From: a virus | Length of the DNA: 64,000 bases | Direction: 5' to 3' (one strand) | IMG/VR virus record: IMGVR_UViG_3300021376_000010 | In this document: positions 23,201 through 35,800 of the stretch, piece after piece | Numbering within the stretch: position 1 is the stretch's first letter | Layout: every line of letters starts with the position of its first letter | Program-made: the position numbers and the translations under genes | The notes under the pieces: generated by a model | Database searches by the model: none | Seen by the model: only the letters and a program-made list of their open reading frames with translations | Told to the model about the DNA's origin: nothing

Positions 23201-25058
23201 TTACTGTTGCACCAGCTCCAACTAAAGGTTGATAACCATATCCAGTGTTAATACCAGTTCTGACAATTTTTCCTGCACCTGGTGTTCCAGTCAAGAATTT
23301 GATTCTATTTCTTGCCGCATTATCAATAACAAAATCAGTATTTGATATCTGAGGAACATTATTGATTAGTACAATTGGATTATTGTTGATATCAATTGAA
23401 CTTGCTAAAACTGTATTGGTATTTGTATAAATTCCTACAATATCTTGATCATAGTTCTGGAGGAAAAATTCTGTTGAAGAAGCACCAACAAATTTTGTCG
23501 ATATGTCATCGAAAATGACATTTTTATCATTAGGTGTTCCTGGGTCAAACTTTCTTGTAAATGCTCTTCCAGAAAAACTAGAAGTTACTTTAAGACCTTC
23601 GTATCCAGATGGTCCATATGGTGGTGTAGTAAAATGAATTTCATCCTTAGATATATTAAAATCACCTCTAAGGATAGTAACAGCAGCACCAACTGTATGA
23701 TAACCAACCCTTGAACCCAAATACCCTCTTGTTACATTAAAGGCATTTGTAGAACCTATTCCAATGGTATTAATTTTCAAATACTCAGAATCAATTTGGA
23801 TTGTATCTAATGATGTGATTGATGAGATTCCTGAAAGATAGATTATGTTTGTAGTGACACCAACTGTTGAAACTAAAGATACAGATAAATTTCTCTTATA
23901 TAAAGGACTTTGAATGATATTATCTATTGATATAATTGCACTGGCATTTGGATTATTAAATGTGAATGACTGATATCCTGTGCCATAAGAAATTATATCT
24001 AATTCATTTGATGTTGATAGTCCAGATACTTTATAATTATCATTATCTATCTTAGAGACATACAGTGTTGATGGTAATTTATCTGTTCCTAAAACTTTCG
24101 GAGTCAAATACAAATCATCAGCAGGAGTGACTCCACCAACTAAAGAACCTAATATTTTAATCTTATCAGTTAGAGCATATCCAACACCACCATTTGCAAC
24201 AGTGATAGAAGATACATCACCAAATGAATTTCTTGATACATTAAATCTAGCATTAGATCCAAATCCAATTATTGTTGAACTTGGGAGATTTGAATATGAA
24301 CTTCCTGCTTGACCAACAATCCTAGTATTAGCAACAGAAGAAACAGTAAATGACAAATCATTTGTTGGACTTGTTCCATTCATGAAGGTTCCAGAAATTG
24401 AAACCGTATCACCAACTGCATATCCTCTTCCACCTTCTCTCAAAACTAAAGATGTTGAAATGGGATATCCAGTAGATGAGTTGTAAACAATGAAGACATT
24501 GAATTTTGCTCCAGTTCCAACACCACTTGTAGAGTATGCTGGGAATGGGTCAAAAAATCCGTAGAATCTATTTTGGTTAAGAGAAAGGTCTGGGGTTATT
24601 GACGCAGAAGTACCAACAATTGTAGTTGAAATCGCAACATTATAACCATTTTCAAAAATAGAAGTTCCATTTCCACCCTCAACTTGCATAATGATTGAAG
24701 ATTCTGTAGATGCTACAGACAGATATGGAGCAGTATCTGGACCTTTTCTAACTATTAATGAACTTTCAACATATGAAGTGGTTGCAATTCCAACTCGTGT
24801 TCCTAAATCTTCAGTTGTTGGAAAATATCCAGACCCAGAATTTATAATAGCAATTCTTCTAATTGAACCACCAACAATCACTGGATAAAATAAACCCTCA
24901 ACAAGAGGTGGTTTAGTTCCAAATATTTCTATTTTTGGTGGGTCAGTCGAGGCATAACCCGCACCACTATTCAAGACATCTATGGATGAAACACCATACT
25001 CTAAATTAAAGTTAGGTCTTAAAATAGCACCTGAACCTGGAACTTCTCTTGTTGACAT
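20217..25058 (-). CDS. Large virion structural protein with BNR/Ycf48-like beta-propeller repeats (1613 aa)
   Basis: Repeated xNxGxGY motifs and VVGDSGTIIHSTDGNIW-type Asp-box repeats. Confidence 0.75.
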   Translation of the reverse strand: MSTREVPGSGAILRPNFNLEYGVSSIDVLNSGAGYASTDPPKIEIFGTKPPLVEGLFYPVIVGGSIRRIAIINSGSGYFPTTEDLGTRVGIATTSYVESSLIVRKGPDTAPYLSVASTESSIIMQVEGGNGTSIFENGYNVAISTTIVGTSASITPDLSLNQNRFYGFFDPFPAYSTSGVGTGAKFNVFIVYNSSTGYPISTSLVLREGGRGYAVGDTVSISGTFMNGTSPTNDLSFTVSSVANTRIVGQAGSSYSNLPSSTIIGFGSNARFNVSRNSFGDVSSITVANGGVGYALTDKIKILGSLVGGVTPADDLYLTPKVLGTDKLPSTLYVSKIDNDNYKVSGLSTSNELDIISYGTGYQSFTFNNPNASAIISIDNIIQSPLYKRNLSVSLVSTVGVTTNIIYLSGISSITSLDTIQIDSEYLKINTIGIGSTNAFNVTRGYLGSRVGYHTVGAAVTILRGDFNISKDEIHFTTPPYGPSGYEGLKVTSSFSGRAFTRKFDPGTPNDKNVIFDDISTKFVGASSTEFFLQNYDQDIVGIYTNTNTVLASSIDINNNPIVLINNVPQISNTDFVIDNAARNRIKFLTGTPGAGKIVRTGINTGYGYQPLVGAGATVTVSAAGTISAVTIKGFGSGYRRPPKIQILSNVGIGASLVATIGTGGTITSISIVNPGTGYTTSPVPRVSIGIPSSYSDLPLEYISGSAGNGFGAKASITVGNQGNVIEFVIEEPGLYYKVGDVLKVVGVTTNPSIGIGFSEFRITVEETLTDKFSGFYPGQFIQFDDISKYFTGSKKKFTLTITQGGTTEVLSLKSDPSTDVQIENNLFVLINDVLQEPVKSYTFNGSRLTFTEAPKENSKCTILFFRGSDLDVEQIDPPKTIKEGDTIQIGENILDPGDRPQFERIVKKIISSDALDTFTYDSIGINTDVTKERPLRWAKQTVDRIINGVLYSKSRPDLKSRVTPNTKLITNVFSEDEKIYVNNAFPLFSEVDLLSENLRDIIIVDVTDIQPAISTAIVSSASTISSLSVSYAGTGYNTLTNPIVAISSAFIQRKDPIYNWKGSNNGISSSYTLNKIAIGNPIISVGSSGVVAISTNGIKWSQSSIGYGQTISFNSVSVAESNRYYVVGEFAKIVTSVGINTTLSAWTEIKLLEEQVVVGLPNPIINFSSYYNTFNDVSYSSLRRTAVAVGDGTGLFTGVGIGTTAFFKKNPPVFTNLNGVANNNARFVVVGDSGTIIHSTDGNIWDRIVSLPTTRNFEKIIWTGTQFVAVGQNATIFVSRIGNTGWERIIPNISDDLINIKYEYGVYVALTGTNQLLFSLDLQYWTQRVTNQNNVVKDLAFIPAPLPPEIRPIGPIIAEEGRYLLVGTSGTTMYAEPIYNRATGVSTVTTGAVSSIQVVNPGFGYSQSTPPPVLLEGNDSVSEKIYSIKSKGDFGVITYVGVGVTHIDFVLKSEQYDNVTLGIGYSSLNTFGVTNSQLEVDDYFVIYNSNSTVGHALTGITTSMGGMNNYPASRVGTATSYLDGVYRVGTVSPAVSGIVTVRCYFTTGPGNIPIQVDTNTNENGIYGKYTWGKIYDFQNRTRFQPRNFPVNTNNGLIGLSTAPDVYRTRGLK

Positions 25059-25064
25059 ATTTTT

Positions 25065-25295
25065 TTACTTATTATAAACACCACGGGGGAATAATTGTCC
25101 TTTTGCTGGTCTTCTTCCTGTAAGATATCCAGGAGTAGATAAGTCTTCATCTCTTAATGAAAGATTTCCAATAGAAATCGTTCCATTTGTTTCTGGAATT
25201 ACAAATGGTGTCGTTGCGGAATCAAATGTATATTCAACATCTACATTTGTTCCAGAAACTTGAGTCTCTAGTGAAATGAAAGTAAATTCGGGCAT
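25065..25295 (-). CDS. Hypothetical protein (76 aa)
   Basis: Translationally coupled ORF with C-terminal YLTGRRP..GQLFPRGVYNK. Confidence 0.7.
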   Translation of the reverse strand: MPEFTFISLETQVSGTNVDVEYTFDSATTPFVIPETNGTISIGNLSLRDEDLSTPGYLTGRRPAKGQLFPRGVYNK

Positions 25296-27175
25296 TAGAT
25301 ATACCTCGCACAGAATAGAATACCAGTTGTTCTTATTGATTGAACATAAGATCCAGCAATTACTTTATAAACTTCTGATGGACTTACCGTAATTGTGTCA
25401 TTTTGTTGAATATTTACACCAGGTAAATTGTAAGAAAAATCAATTAAAACAAAATCATCAGGCATATAATAAGGTACAGGAATCAATTGTCCATTTATTG
25501 GCACCCCTTTAATTACAGCATTAAAGTCTGCAGTAGATGCTATTTGTCTATTACTATTGGTTCCACCTTTGCCTCTTTCTGGTGCTTGGGATGCACTTCT
25601 ATAATAGATTCTTTTATGTGTGCTATTTGATGAATAATAACTCTCAGAAGGATTGTATGCAGAACTAGAAACATATACATCATCAACCCAAGTGTTTGTC
25701 CAACTAGATGCACCATTCATGGTAGTATACCCAAACTCTGCTGCTCTTTTAGAATGTTGAAAATTACCATCTTGATTTGTGTTTCCTGAAGTATAAGTTC
25801 TAAAATTTATGGATGGTCTGAAATTTCCTGTGCCTGATGAACCTGAAATAACATGAGTGAATCCACTTACAAATAATTCATCCAAATCCCATATATTTGA
25901 TGATTCAAAATTATGTAAAATAAAAGTTCCATATGTATTATCAGAAATTTTTTGACTAGAAAGAGTAGGTGCTTTATATGATAATACAGAGAAAGATGGA
26001 TCAATACCTGAACGATAGATATTTAAATCTAACTTATACCCAGTATTTGAACCAGTAGATATTTTACTATATCCATTTTGACTGGTAAATCTAAACAACC
26101 CATAAACAGACTCAAAACTACTATGATTGTCTCCTGTTGGCCTTCTTGGATTATCAAGCATATCTGTACCAACCCATCTTCTGGAGTATGACATTGCCCC
26201 AAAAGTCAAAGAACCAGCAGCATATGGATGGAATCCACTTCCTGCACCTAAAATTAAATTATAATCATCATGAAATAAGAACATTCTATATGTTGTTCCG
26301 TATTTTTTTTCTGGATTTATTGTTTGTTTTAATATAGCACCACTATTGTATCCACTTGATGTGAGTTGCTTATAATAAAATGAACTTGTTGTGCCATATC
26401 CAATTGGATTTACATCTGCAGTGTCTGCTGGAAGAACAACAATAGTGCCTCCGTTTTGACCAGCATTAGTATTATCTTTAATATAATATGTTCCTGCCTG
26501 ACCAGGAAGAGGTGACCATGTTAAACTAGAACCATTATGTATATTATATGGTGCATTAAATACAAGAGAGTGCATAGCATATGCATATCCAGGAGTAGTT
26601 GTTTTTGAAATTCCTACTGTAAAACCATAATTATTAGTTAATACTAATGTATCTCCTTCCTTAATTGTTATTGTTGTATTTGCTCCACCAACAACGCCAT
26701 TTCTATCTTGTCCATTTATAATCCAATTAAAACTACCCTCACGAGAAACAATTGTAGATGCATATGATGCACGATTAGTTACAGTTGCTGCTATTGATAC
26801 TTTAACTTGGAAATCAGCAGCTCCATTTGCTGCACCACCAATATCTGCTGCGGATACTGTTACTATTTCTCCTGCAGTATATCCATATCCTGGTCTATTA
26901 ACATAAATGTTATCTATTAGTCCATTAGTTCTAAAGACATCTAACGTTAATCCAGTACCAATTTCAGATACTGAAGTTGTAGGAACGTCCTGAAAATCAT
27001 CATTATTAGTGGTGGTTCCACCAATACCAGGAGCAAATGTTGTAACTCCAACGACAAGACCACTATCAGTCGAGCCATGAAGACCCAACCAATCAAAAGC
27101 ACTTTCTAGTTGATTGATTAAACTACTGGATGCCCATCCAGGATTTATAGAAATTGTTGTGGTTGTGATTGCCAT
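25295..27175 (-). CDS. Putative tail-fibre/receptor-binding-associated protein (626 aa)
   Basis: Context between fibre and structural genes; PVPYYMPDDFVLI..LFCAR C-terminus. Confidence 0.55.
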   Translation of the reverse strand: MAITTTTISINPGWASSSLINQLESAFDWLGLHGSTDSGLVVGVTTFAPGIGGTTTNNDDFQDVPTTSVSEIGTGLTLDVFRTNGLIDNIYVNRPGYGYTAGEIVTVSAADIGGAANGAADFQVKVSIAATVTNRASYASTIVSREGSFNWIINGQDRNGVVGGANTTITIKEGDTLVLTNNYGFTVGISKTTTPGYAYAMHSLVFNAPYNIHNGSSLTWSPLPGQAGTYYIKDNTNAGQNGGTIVVLPADTADVNPIGYGTTSSFYYKQLTSSGYNSGAILKQTINPEKKYGTTYRMFLFHDDYNLILGAGSGFHPYAAGSLTFGAMSYSRRWVGTDMLDNPRRPTGDNHSSFESVYGLFRFTSQNGYSKISTGSNTGYKLDLNIYRSGIDPSFSVLSYKAPTLSSQKISDNTYGTFILHNFESSNIWDLDELFVSGFTHVISGSSGTGNFRPSINFRTYTSGNTNQDGNFQHSKRAAEFGYTTMNGASSWTNTWVDDVYVSSSAYNPSESYYSSNSTHKRIYYRSASQAPERGKGGTNSNRQIASTADFNAVIKGVPINGQLIPVPYYMPDDFVLIDFSYNLPGVNIQQNDTITVSPSEVYKVIAGSYVQSIRTTGILFCARYI

Positions 27176-27181
27176 TTAAAC

Positions 27182-29812
27182 TTATGCCTCCAGTTGAAGA
27201 ATGGTTAGATCTGCTGTAATGGATTGGGTAGTTCCCGATAAATTTTTAATTGATGCGTAAATTATAATATCTTCAGGATTATCCATATTACCACCCATAA
27301 CAAATGGAGATATAATTTGTGTGGTAGAAATTCCAGTGGTGATAACCTCAGCAATCACACCACTTCCAGGTAATGGATCAGTACCAACACTTCTATTGGC
27401 ATCATTTTGCCTTGATGTGCTATCAGTATATAGACGTAACCAACCTGCAGTGGAAAGACCAACGTTCATCAAAGCATATGATTTAAATCCAAAGATATCG
27501 GTATTTCCAATGCCATTATTTGCAATGGATGTAGTTATACCAGTAACTACAACTCTTGATTGTAATGAACCACCAGAAGAAGTTACAGTAACAACACCAG
27601 CAGAAACTGGTGAGACATCCAAACCTAAACCAAAATTAATTGTTCCTGCAGTACCTACTATTGCATTATCATCCTTAATTTCAATACCAGTTCCTGATGC
27701 AATAACACCAAATAAGGCACTTCCATCAATTGCAGGTAGTGCTCCCACCAATGCTCCCGAATTAAGATTAGTTAGATTTGCTCCAGAACCAGAGAATGAT
27801 GCTGCTGTAATAAAACCAATAGTGTTAATATCAATCGTTGTCGAAACTGCACTAGATATTCCAGCAGTGGCAGCATAACCAGCAGTTCCTGATGACGTAG
27901 ATACTCCAGCAATTGCTGCATAATTAGAAGTTACAGATGCTGTCGATATTCCAGCAGTTGCTGCATAAGTTGCAATACCAGATACATTTGCATAAGTTGC
28001 TAATCCACTTCCAGTAACAGTAGCAATACCAGAAGCAAAAGAAACATTCAGATTAGAACCAAAGTTAATCGTTCCTGCAGTTCCAACTGGAGTTGCATCA
28101 TCTTGAATTACGACTCCACTACCACTGCCAACGACATTAATTAGTGCAGAACCATCAATTGCAGGTAATGTTCCTGTAAGTTGTCCAGCATTTAGAGTTC
28201 CGTAGAATCCAGTAGCAGATACGATACCAGCAATTGTAAGTGCTTCTGTAACTACTGTAGTCTTAATACCAACATTACCAGATGCATTGGCATATAACTT
28301 AATGTTACCCTCACCATCAGAAAGAATAACATTATTTGAAGAGGTTCTAATATCTAAACTAGTATTATTTCCATCATAAGAACCTAAGATTACATTATAA
28401 TTTCCAGTTGTTATTTCCTTTCCTGCCCTATCACCAACAGCAACATTATATTGACCACTAGTTGTGTCGTATAATGTAAATTCACCAATTGCAATATTAT
28501 GTCCCAATCCAGAATTTAGAGTAAATAATGACTGGTCTCCGATTGAAATATTTCTAGTTGCACCAGAACCCATACTCAAATTACCAATTCTGATATTATC
28601 AGTACCAGCAAATTGAATTCTTCCAGAATTTATGGTAGTTACACCAGAAATAGTTACTCCAGTATTAATTAATATATTACCATTAAAATCTGCATTGCCA
28701 AATAATGATAATGTTGAAGTTGGATTGGTTGTTCCCAGACCAACTTTTGCAAAAGTGTGAACACCAGCATTGGTTGTAACCCAAGATGAATCTGAGTTTA
28801 CATCAATAGTAACTCTACCAAATGAAGTTGTTATACTGACATTTGTACCAGCAACAAGAGATGTCACAATACCTGTTAAATTGGCCCCAGACCCATTGAA
28901 AGTATTTGCTGTTATACTACCACTTGCTATTATGTTATTAGTTGTTGTGATACCAGAAATCCCAAGGTCACCAGTAATACTTACGCCATTAGAAAGGGTC
29001 TGTAATTTTTTGCTGCCATTGTAATATAACAATGAACCTTCACCAGCAACAGCACTAAAAACATTGTTGACTCCATCACCAATTCTAATTGATGATGCAG
29101 TATCAATTCTTAAATCAACAGAGTCGTAATAAATTGATGCGTCAACTGCACCACTAGAACCAAGATTTATTCTTAAACCATCGTTTATTTGTACTCCACC
29201 ACCAGCACCAGTAATACTAAAAAGTCCACTATGCAAATTTAAAGCAGAAATTGGATTTACTGTTCCAATTCCAACTCTAGATGATGTTACAATTCCACTG
29301 GCAACTGTTGTCCATTGAGTCGAAACAGCACTTTGTGCAGTGGAATTTATAGTTACATTTCCACCACTTCTATTAATGGATACATTAGAACCAGCAAGAA
29401 TAGTTGTAACAACCCCAGTTAAATTAACTCCAGAACCATTGTAAGAAGTTGCTGTTACGACCCCAACTGTAATATCTGGAATTGATGAAAAATTACCAGC
29501 AAAAAGAGCAACTGTTGCAATTCCTGCATTTGTTGCATAAGAAGATAATGAAGAAAGACCAGAAATGACAGAATACGATGAGATTCCCGCAGTTACTGCA
29601 AAAGTTGCAATTCCAGCAGTAGATGCATAACCAGATAATGTAGATATACCAGCAGTTCTTGCAAAACCAATAGAATTAGTTATCGTAGTTCCATTTCCAA
29701 TGGCATTATAAATTTCATTAAAATTACTATTAATTTTAATAGCACCTTGTAATATGGAATCTCCAGTACCATCATTCGGAGCGGAACCTGTATTTATTCC
29801 TAATTTCGCCAT
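27182..29812 (-). CDS. Tail fibre protein with a gp9/gp10-like baseplate-attachment N-terminus (876 aa)
   Basis: INTGSAPNDGTGD..KINSNFNEIY N-terminus; AGIAT and LPAIDGSAL repeats; NIAIG repeats. Confidence 0.75.
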   Translation of the reverse strand: MAKLGINTGSAPNDGTGDSILQGAIKINSNFNEIYNAIGNGTTITNSIGFARTAGISTLSGYASTAGIATFAVTAGISSYSVISGLSSLSSYATNAGIATVALFAGNFSSIPDITVGVVTATSYNGSGVNLTGVVTTILAGSNVSINRSGGNVTINSTAQSAVSTQWTTVASGIVTSSRVGIGTVNPISALNLHSGLFSITGAGGGVQINDGLRINLGSSGAVDASIYYDSVDLRIDTASSIRIGDGVNNVFSAVAGEGSLLYYNGSKKLQTLSNGVSITGDLGISGITTTNNIIASGSITANTFNGSGANLTGIVTSLVAGTNVSITTSFGRVTIDVNSDSSWVTTNAGVHTFAKVGLGTTNPTSTLSLFGNADFNGNILINTGVTISGVTTINSGRIQFAGTDNIRIGNLSMGSGATRNISIGDQSLFTLNSGLGHNIAIGEFTLYDTTSGQYNVAVGDRAGKEITTGNYNVILGSYDGNNTSLDIRTSSNNVILSDGEGNIKLYANASGNVGIKTTVVTEALTIAGIVSATGFYGTLNAGQLTGTLPAIDGSALINVVGSGSGVVIQDDATPVGTAGTINFGSNLNVSFASGIATVTGSGLATYANVSGIATYAATAGISTASVTSNYAAIAGVSTSSGTAGYAATAGISSAVSTTIDINTIGFITAASFSGSGANLTNLNSGALVGALPAIDGSALFGVIASGTGIEIKDDNAIVGTAGTINFGLGLDVSPVSAGVVTVTSSGGSLQSRVVVTGITTSIANNGIGNTDIFGFKSYALMNVGLSTAGWLRLYTDSTSRQNDANRSVGTDPLPGSGVIAEVITTGISTTQIISPFVMGGNMDNPEDIIIYASIKNLSGTTQSITADLTILQLEA

Positions 29813-29843
29813 TATACACTAGATGTTTATTTTTATTTATCGT

Positions 29844-32800
29844 TTAATTGGAAGACATCTTTATGATGCTTGAATCAAAACTAACAATAGGACTATCAAA
29901 ATATGATGAAATGCCAGGATAACTAAATCCAGCATCAACCACAGTATTTACCCTAACGTTAGCAGTACCATCTGCCTTAACAACACTGTAGAAAAGTTTT
30001 TGTCCAGATTGGAAATTATTGTTTCTTAACTTAAATTTATTATTGGACAAATCAATCACGGAAGAATCATTTCCTTGGAATTCTCTATAAAATAGTGGTG
30101 TACCTCTATTTTTTAATTTGAAGGTGGTTAATCCAACTATTTGTCCACCAGTCGTAGTTGTAAAACCAGTAAATTGACCACTAATATTATCAATAGGGAC
30201 AACTTTATTTGTTTTGTTTAAAATATATGATTTTAAACTTACACCTGTTGGGAAAAATACTCTCTCTATAGATCCATCTGGGAGAAGTTCATCTTCAGTC
30301 ACCATACTAAAGTTGTAACGATTATACATCGATTCAACACTGTCTACATTAATTAAAACGTTTAGTGATGAATCGCCAACTCCAACTTTCATATTGTTGG
30401 ATGCTTTTCCTATAATGTCTAAATCAGAGAACTCTTTGAAACCTGCTGGGTGAACTAATGACCTAATAGGTTCTTTCCAATCTGTGTATGGAATTTGTGA
30501 TTTAATCGAATAAGAGAATTTTTGATAATAATCGTTATCAGAAATTCTTTGCTGATAATCATTTAAATAACCAATTTTATCGGTAAAATCATTAATTTTA
30601 TCTCTAGTTACATTAAGAGATGAAATTAAATTAAATTGATTTACATTTTCGACTATTCCATTTAGCAATGACCTAGTTCCAAGTAATCTATTTCCTACTT
30701 CCAATTCACCTTTTGAATCAATAAGTCTTAATTGATTTATGTCATTATCCCATCCACTTTCCATGACAACTGCAGAAAATACTGCAAGACCATTAGAATC
30801 ATATCCAACAACGTTTTCTCCAGAATAGTAACCCAAATCATCAATCAATTTCATTTCAAATTTTGCCATAACATTTTCGTTTATGACATAACCATAATTA
30901 TTATCTGTAGTATATTCACCTAGATTATTTGATATCCCGTTCATACTATAGGTTATGGTAAAGTTTGTAGTGCTTATACCAGTAATAGTAAAGAATTTAT
31001 AACTATGATTTGCAGAATTATAGTTATTCTTTTGATTTCCATCGGTTATTCTGCAGTTTTCTACAAAAATTTTATCTCCGACTTTAAATGGGAATACTAC
31101 TTCTTGATTTCCATATTGATTTGCAATTAATGGGTATATTTGATTGTCACTATTAACAAGCTCCAGTGTAACTTGATTGGTTGATGGATTGTAAACAATA
31201 TCATCTATATCATAACCATTGGAGTTTCTAGTTGGAATGACAGATAGAGGAGCACTCATATTAGTGACATTCTCTAAAATATCCACGGAAGTAACTGTAC
31301 CACCCTGTATATTTGCTTTTGATTTAATATTATCATTACCCACTACTTTAAGTACTGGGGCAGTATTATACCCCTTTCCTCCAGTAGTAATACCAATATA
31401 ATCAACTCTTGATATATTTTTTATTTGGCATACTGTTGGAACACTTAATACAGGTTTTAAAGTTGGATCTGTAGGATAGTCAAATCCATCTTTTACTCTT
31501 TCAATGTAATCAATTTTTCCAATAGAATTGGAGAATGCCTTTAAAATTGCATCCTTTCCTGACACTGAAGTTATTGAAGAAATTCTAGGAACTTTTTTGT
31601 ATCCTTTTCCTCCAAAATTTAATTTTATATTTGATATTGGGCCACTAGTATTTTTGGAATCTGTATCATAAAATATTGTAGTTATACCAGAGTTTGCATT
31701 ATACTCAAAGTATTCTGGTTTTTGGTTTAAAATAAATTTAAATGAAGTGCTTCCAGTAGAAACTACAGAATAACTTTGGTTATAGATACTTGGATTTAAT
31801 GATATTTTATTGTATCCAATTACTTCTTTGTCAATTGAAATTTGATACTTTTCAAGAACACTAGGTGATAATGGTATTAAATTATAAAATAAAGTATTTG
31901 TGATACTCTTATCTGTTGTGTCTATTCTTAACTTAGCACCAGAAACTCCAGCATCAATTGCATTTCTAGTATATTTGTATGATTCAACCTCAATTAAGAT
32001 ATTGCCATCTTTATATAATTTGAGATCCATTCCACTCAAAGAAGAATCAGATAAATCAAATTCAATAATATTTCCTTTTGTTGATGTTAGTGGTGGATTT
32101 ACAAGAGCAATTGATTGTACTCCACTTCCTTTAGATGTTAATGGAATATTTACTCCAGACTTTGAACTATCATAATAGTTTGATAATTTGATATAGTCTG
32201 GTTTTTGCTTAATTATATAATATGTCTCATTATGCTGTAATCCACCAATTGTTGTATTCCCATCATTATAATATACAATTTTATCTCCAGTAACATAATT
32301 ATTTTTTGGTAAATATATTTCAGAAGTTTCTGTACTAATTGCTACAGAAGTATTGAAAGATTTAATTTCTGTTGTAATCTTTCTGATGTTTGTATCATAT
32401 CTAAGTTTAAATGTATCAACCAATCTTGGTAAGAGATTAAACGTAATTTCGTCGGAATTACCTAATCCATGAGTTTCTGTGGTTTCTACATTCAAACTGA
32501 AATTTTCTACTTTTCCGACAACTTTTTCATACGTTGTTGATAATGAATGTGCAAGTCCAGTTACAGAGATGTCATCAAAGAAATATAATGAATTTAATGA
32601 TGAACCAATTCCAGTTGAAGTGGTATAACCAACAGTAGATAAACCAATATAATCTTGACCTTTATTTACAATGTAAATATTCTGGTTATCTTGTAGAGTA
32701 AATGCATCTGCCTGAGTGATTGTATTTGAAACAATCATTCCAGTTCCAGCAAATCCAACGTTATACTTTACTAGTTGTCCTGTATAAAAATTGTGATTTT

Positions 32801-35800
32801 TGATATAGATTGATCTATCAGGAACATTTAGATTTCTTTGGTCTGATAAAGTATAATTTTTTCCTGTCGAGCCAAACCCAACAAAAGTTTTTGGATTAAA
32901 ATATACAACATCATTTTTCTTTATTGGATATTTTTGGTCAGCAACGGAGAACGTAAACTTTCTTGGTAATAATTTTACTGAATCAATTCCTACTGTATGA
33001 ACACCAGTATTTTGTAATCTATTTACTATTAACTCGGATTTCTCTGCTGATATATTAGTTACTTTTAATATTTCAGAACCAATAGAAATAAAGTCATCAA
33101 CTTCAAATCCAGATACATCATTTACTACAATAGAAGTAGTTTCTCCACTAACAACTAAAACTGGAATATTGGTAGATATCCCAACTGTTTTTTGAGAAAC
33201 AAAAACATCTTTTATTCCTTCAAAATATGAATAATTTGAATTTGAAATTGCAGTTATTGTAATTTTATCTCCAGTTATTAATTGGTGCGGTTCTTGAGTA
33301 AAACCAATAACATTGTTTCCATATGTATGAAAACTCACATCTAAAGAAGTTTTTACACCAACAACTATACTTTTTATTGGTTTTCCTTTGATTCTTGATA
33401 CAACGGCAGATGCTCCAGATCCACTAGTATTACTATTATCAAATACTATATTGTCTCCAACCTTATAACCAGTTCCATCGGAATATATTTGAACCCCATC
33501 TATAGATGATGAAAGTGTTTTTGTTATAGTAAATTCTTGTTTATATTTTTTGTCAGTATTACTAATTAAATCATAATTAGAATTTCCAGAATTGATATAG
33601 TATGGTCCGATATTTCTAATTAGATTCAAACTTTCCAAATCAATATCTTGATTGAATATTGAAGCATAATTTTCGGGAATTACATAATCCCTGAAATAAT
33701 TTCCAATCATGTATGGGAATTCTGGTATCGAAATTGCACTATTATCAATAGTTGCAAAATACGCATAAATTCCATCTGGATAATCTGGAGTTTTGCAGAA
33801 TCTTCCATTATGTTCATCCAAATCACCAATTGCTCTATCATAATAAAAATCTTGAATGAAGAAACCATCAGGTAGGTTTGGTCTAATATTTTTATCTGGT
33901 TCTACTTTTTTTGTATAACTAGACCTTATTTTTCTAATTTCAGAACCAACTTGTCCATATGGTCCATAAATTGGATTGCCATCATACGCCCACCCAATGA
34001 TTGGTGAATGAACATTGTTTAGTGTTTCTCTATTAGAACTATCAAGATGGTCTTTAATAGACTTTCTAAGCAGTCTTGGCGGATAGAAGTTTACTACTTG
34101 CAATCCAAGATCTTTATTCTTACTTGGAACAATAAATGCCTGATCTTGTATTTCAAGTAATTTCTTATTTTTTTCTACCTGGTTTATTTTCCATTCAAAT
34201 ACATCACCAATGAATTTTGCATCAGAACCTCTTCTTTTGATTGTAATTGATGTAGTATCTTTATCATATCCAATACCACCATTCGCAATATTTACCGCAA
34301 CCAATCTGCCATTTTCTATAACAGGTCTTATATCTGCAAAACTTCCTTTTCCATTTACAATAATATCAATTCCTTTATCATAACCAGAACCGTAACTCAA
34401 GAATTGAATATCAACTATAGTTCCATTCAAAACTATTGGTTTTAAAAGTGCTTCTGATACAATTGGTTTTACTCTAATATCTGGTCTTCTATGGAAGTTT
34501 ACTATGTTAGAAACCCCATAACCAACACCACTATTTTCTAAGAAAATACTTTCAATCGAACCCAAAACAATAGGTTCAAATTGTGGTTCAATTACACTTG
34601 TTGCTCCTATTCCAGATAGTGTCTCAACGACAAGTCTAATTGGTGGATAAGAAAATGTATGAGTGCCAGTTCCTAGAGAATTGAATCTTATATATCTTTT
34701 ATTTTCGTAATTAATATCATAAAATTGTGTTCCAATACCAATAGTTGATAATTTAAATTTATTATTATCAACTACTGTGACTACATATTCTGAAGATGTA
34801 GATAATCCACTTACAGATGTTCCTGTTGTTGAATATCTTAGAATATCTTTATCTTTGAGACCATGATTTTTAGCAAATACATAGTGATCAAATGTATTAA
34901 CACCATTGGTTTTTTCATCAAATGCTAATATTGATGGAATCTTAATAATTCTGTTTGAATAACCAGTTCCAGAATTTTTTACACGAATTTCTGTAATAGT
35001 ATTTTTTGATTTTAGTGTTATGAAAGAATGGAATCCAGAACTAATCCCAACCAAATTTACTTCGTTAGATTTCTTATAAGCATCTTCCAGTCTTTCATAT
35101 AATCTAATCTGGGTAGGACTTATTACTCCAGCATAATAATTTGAATTTGTTTTTAACGGGAAAATCTCAGCATTAAAATTGGCATTATATGAAATTTCTT
35201 CTCCATCATCAAAATTGTGATTTTGTGAAAAAGTTATAGTATTTGTTGTTGGATTTACTCCAGAACCATCACCCTTAAATCCTGCATTAATTTTAGATTT
35301 TACTAAATTTGGTTCAACTACTGCTCCAGAACCATTTCCACCAATCAAAGTAATTTTTGGCTTTATTTGATAACCTACACCTGGAGTTACAATTTTTACT
35401 TCAGAAAGACCACCAACGATATTAGCATATCCTTTAGCATTTCTTCCCGAAACATCAGTTATTTCTATTTCTGGTGGATTTATAATATCGTAACCTTTAC
35501 CTGGATTAGTTACTGTTATGCCATCTAATTTACCATAGTAAATATTTTCATCAAATAGAGTTGGTGAATAAATTTCAACACCATTAATTAAAATACCTAC
35601 TTGTCTATTATTTGTTGTTCTATCCGCAACCTGCTTTAGTGTACTATCACCTTTTACGTAATTGAATTTTTTAAATAATTTTTGATTCTCTACTACTTTA
35701 TTCTCATAATCTAATTTAACAAAAGAATCAGATACTATATTTCTGTCAAAGTTGACATAAACACTTGAATATAAATCACTTTTACTTAAAGATAGTTTAA

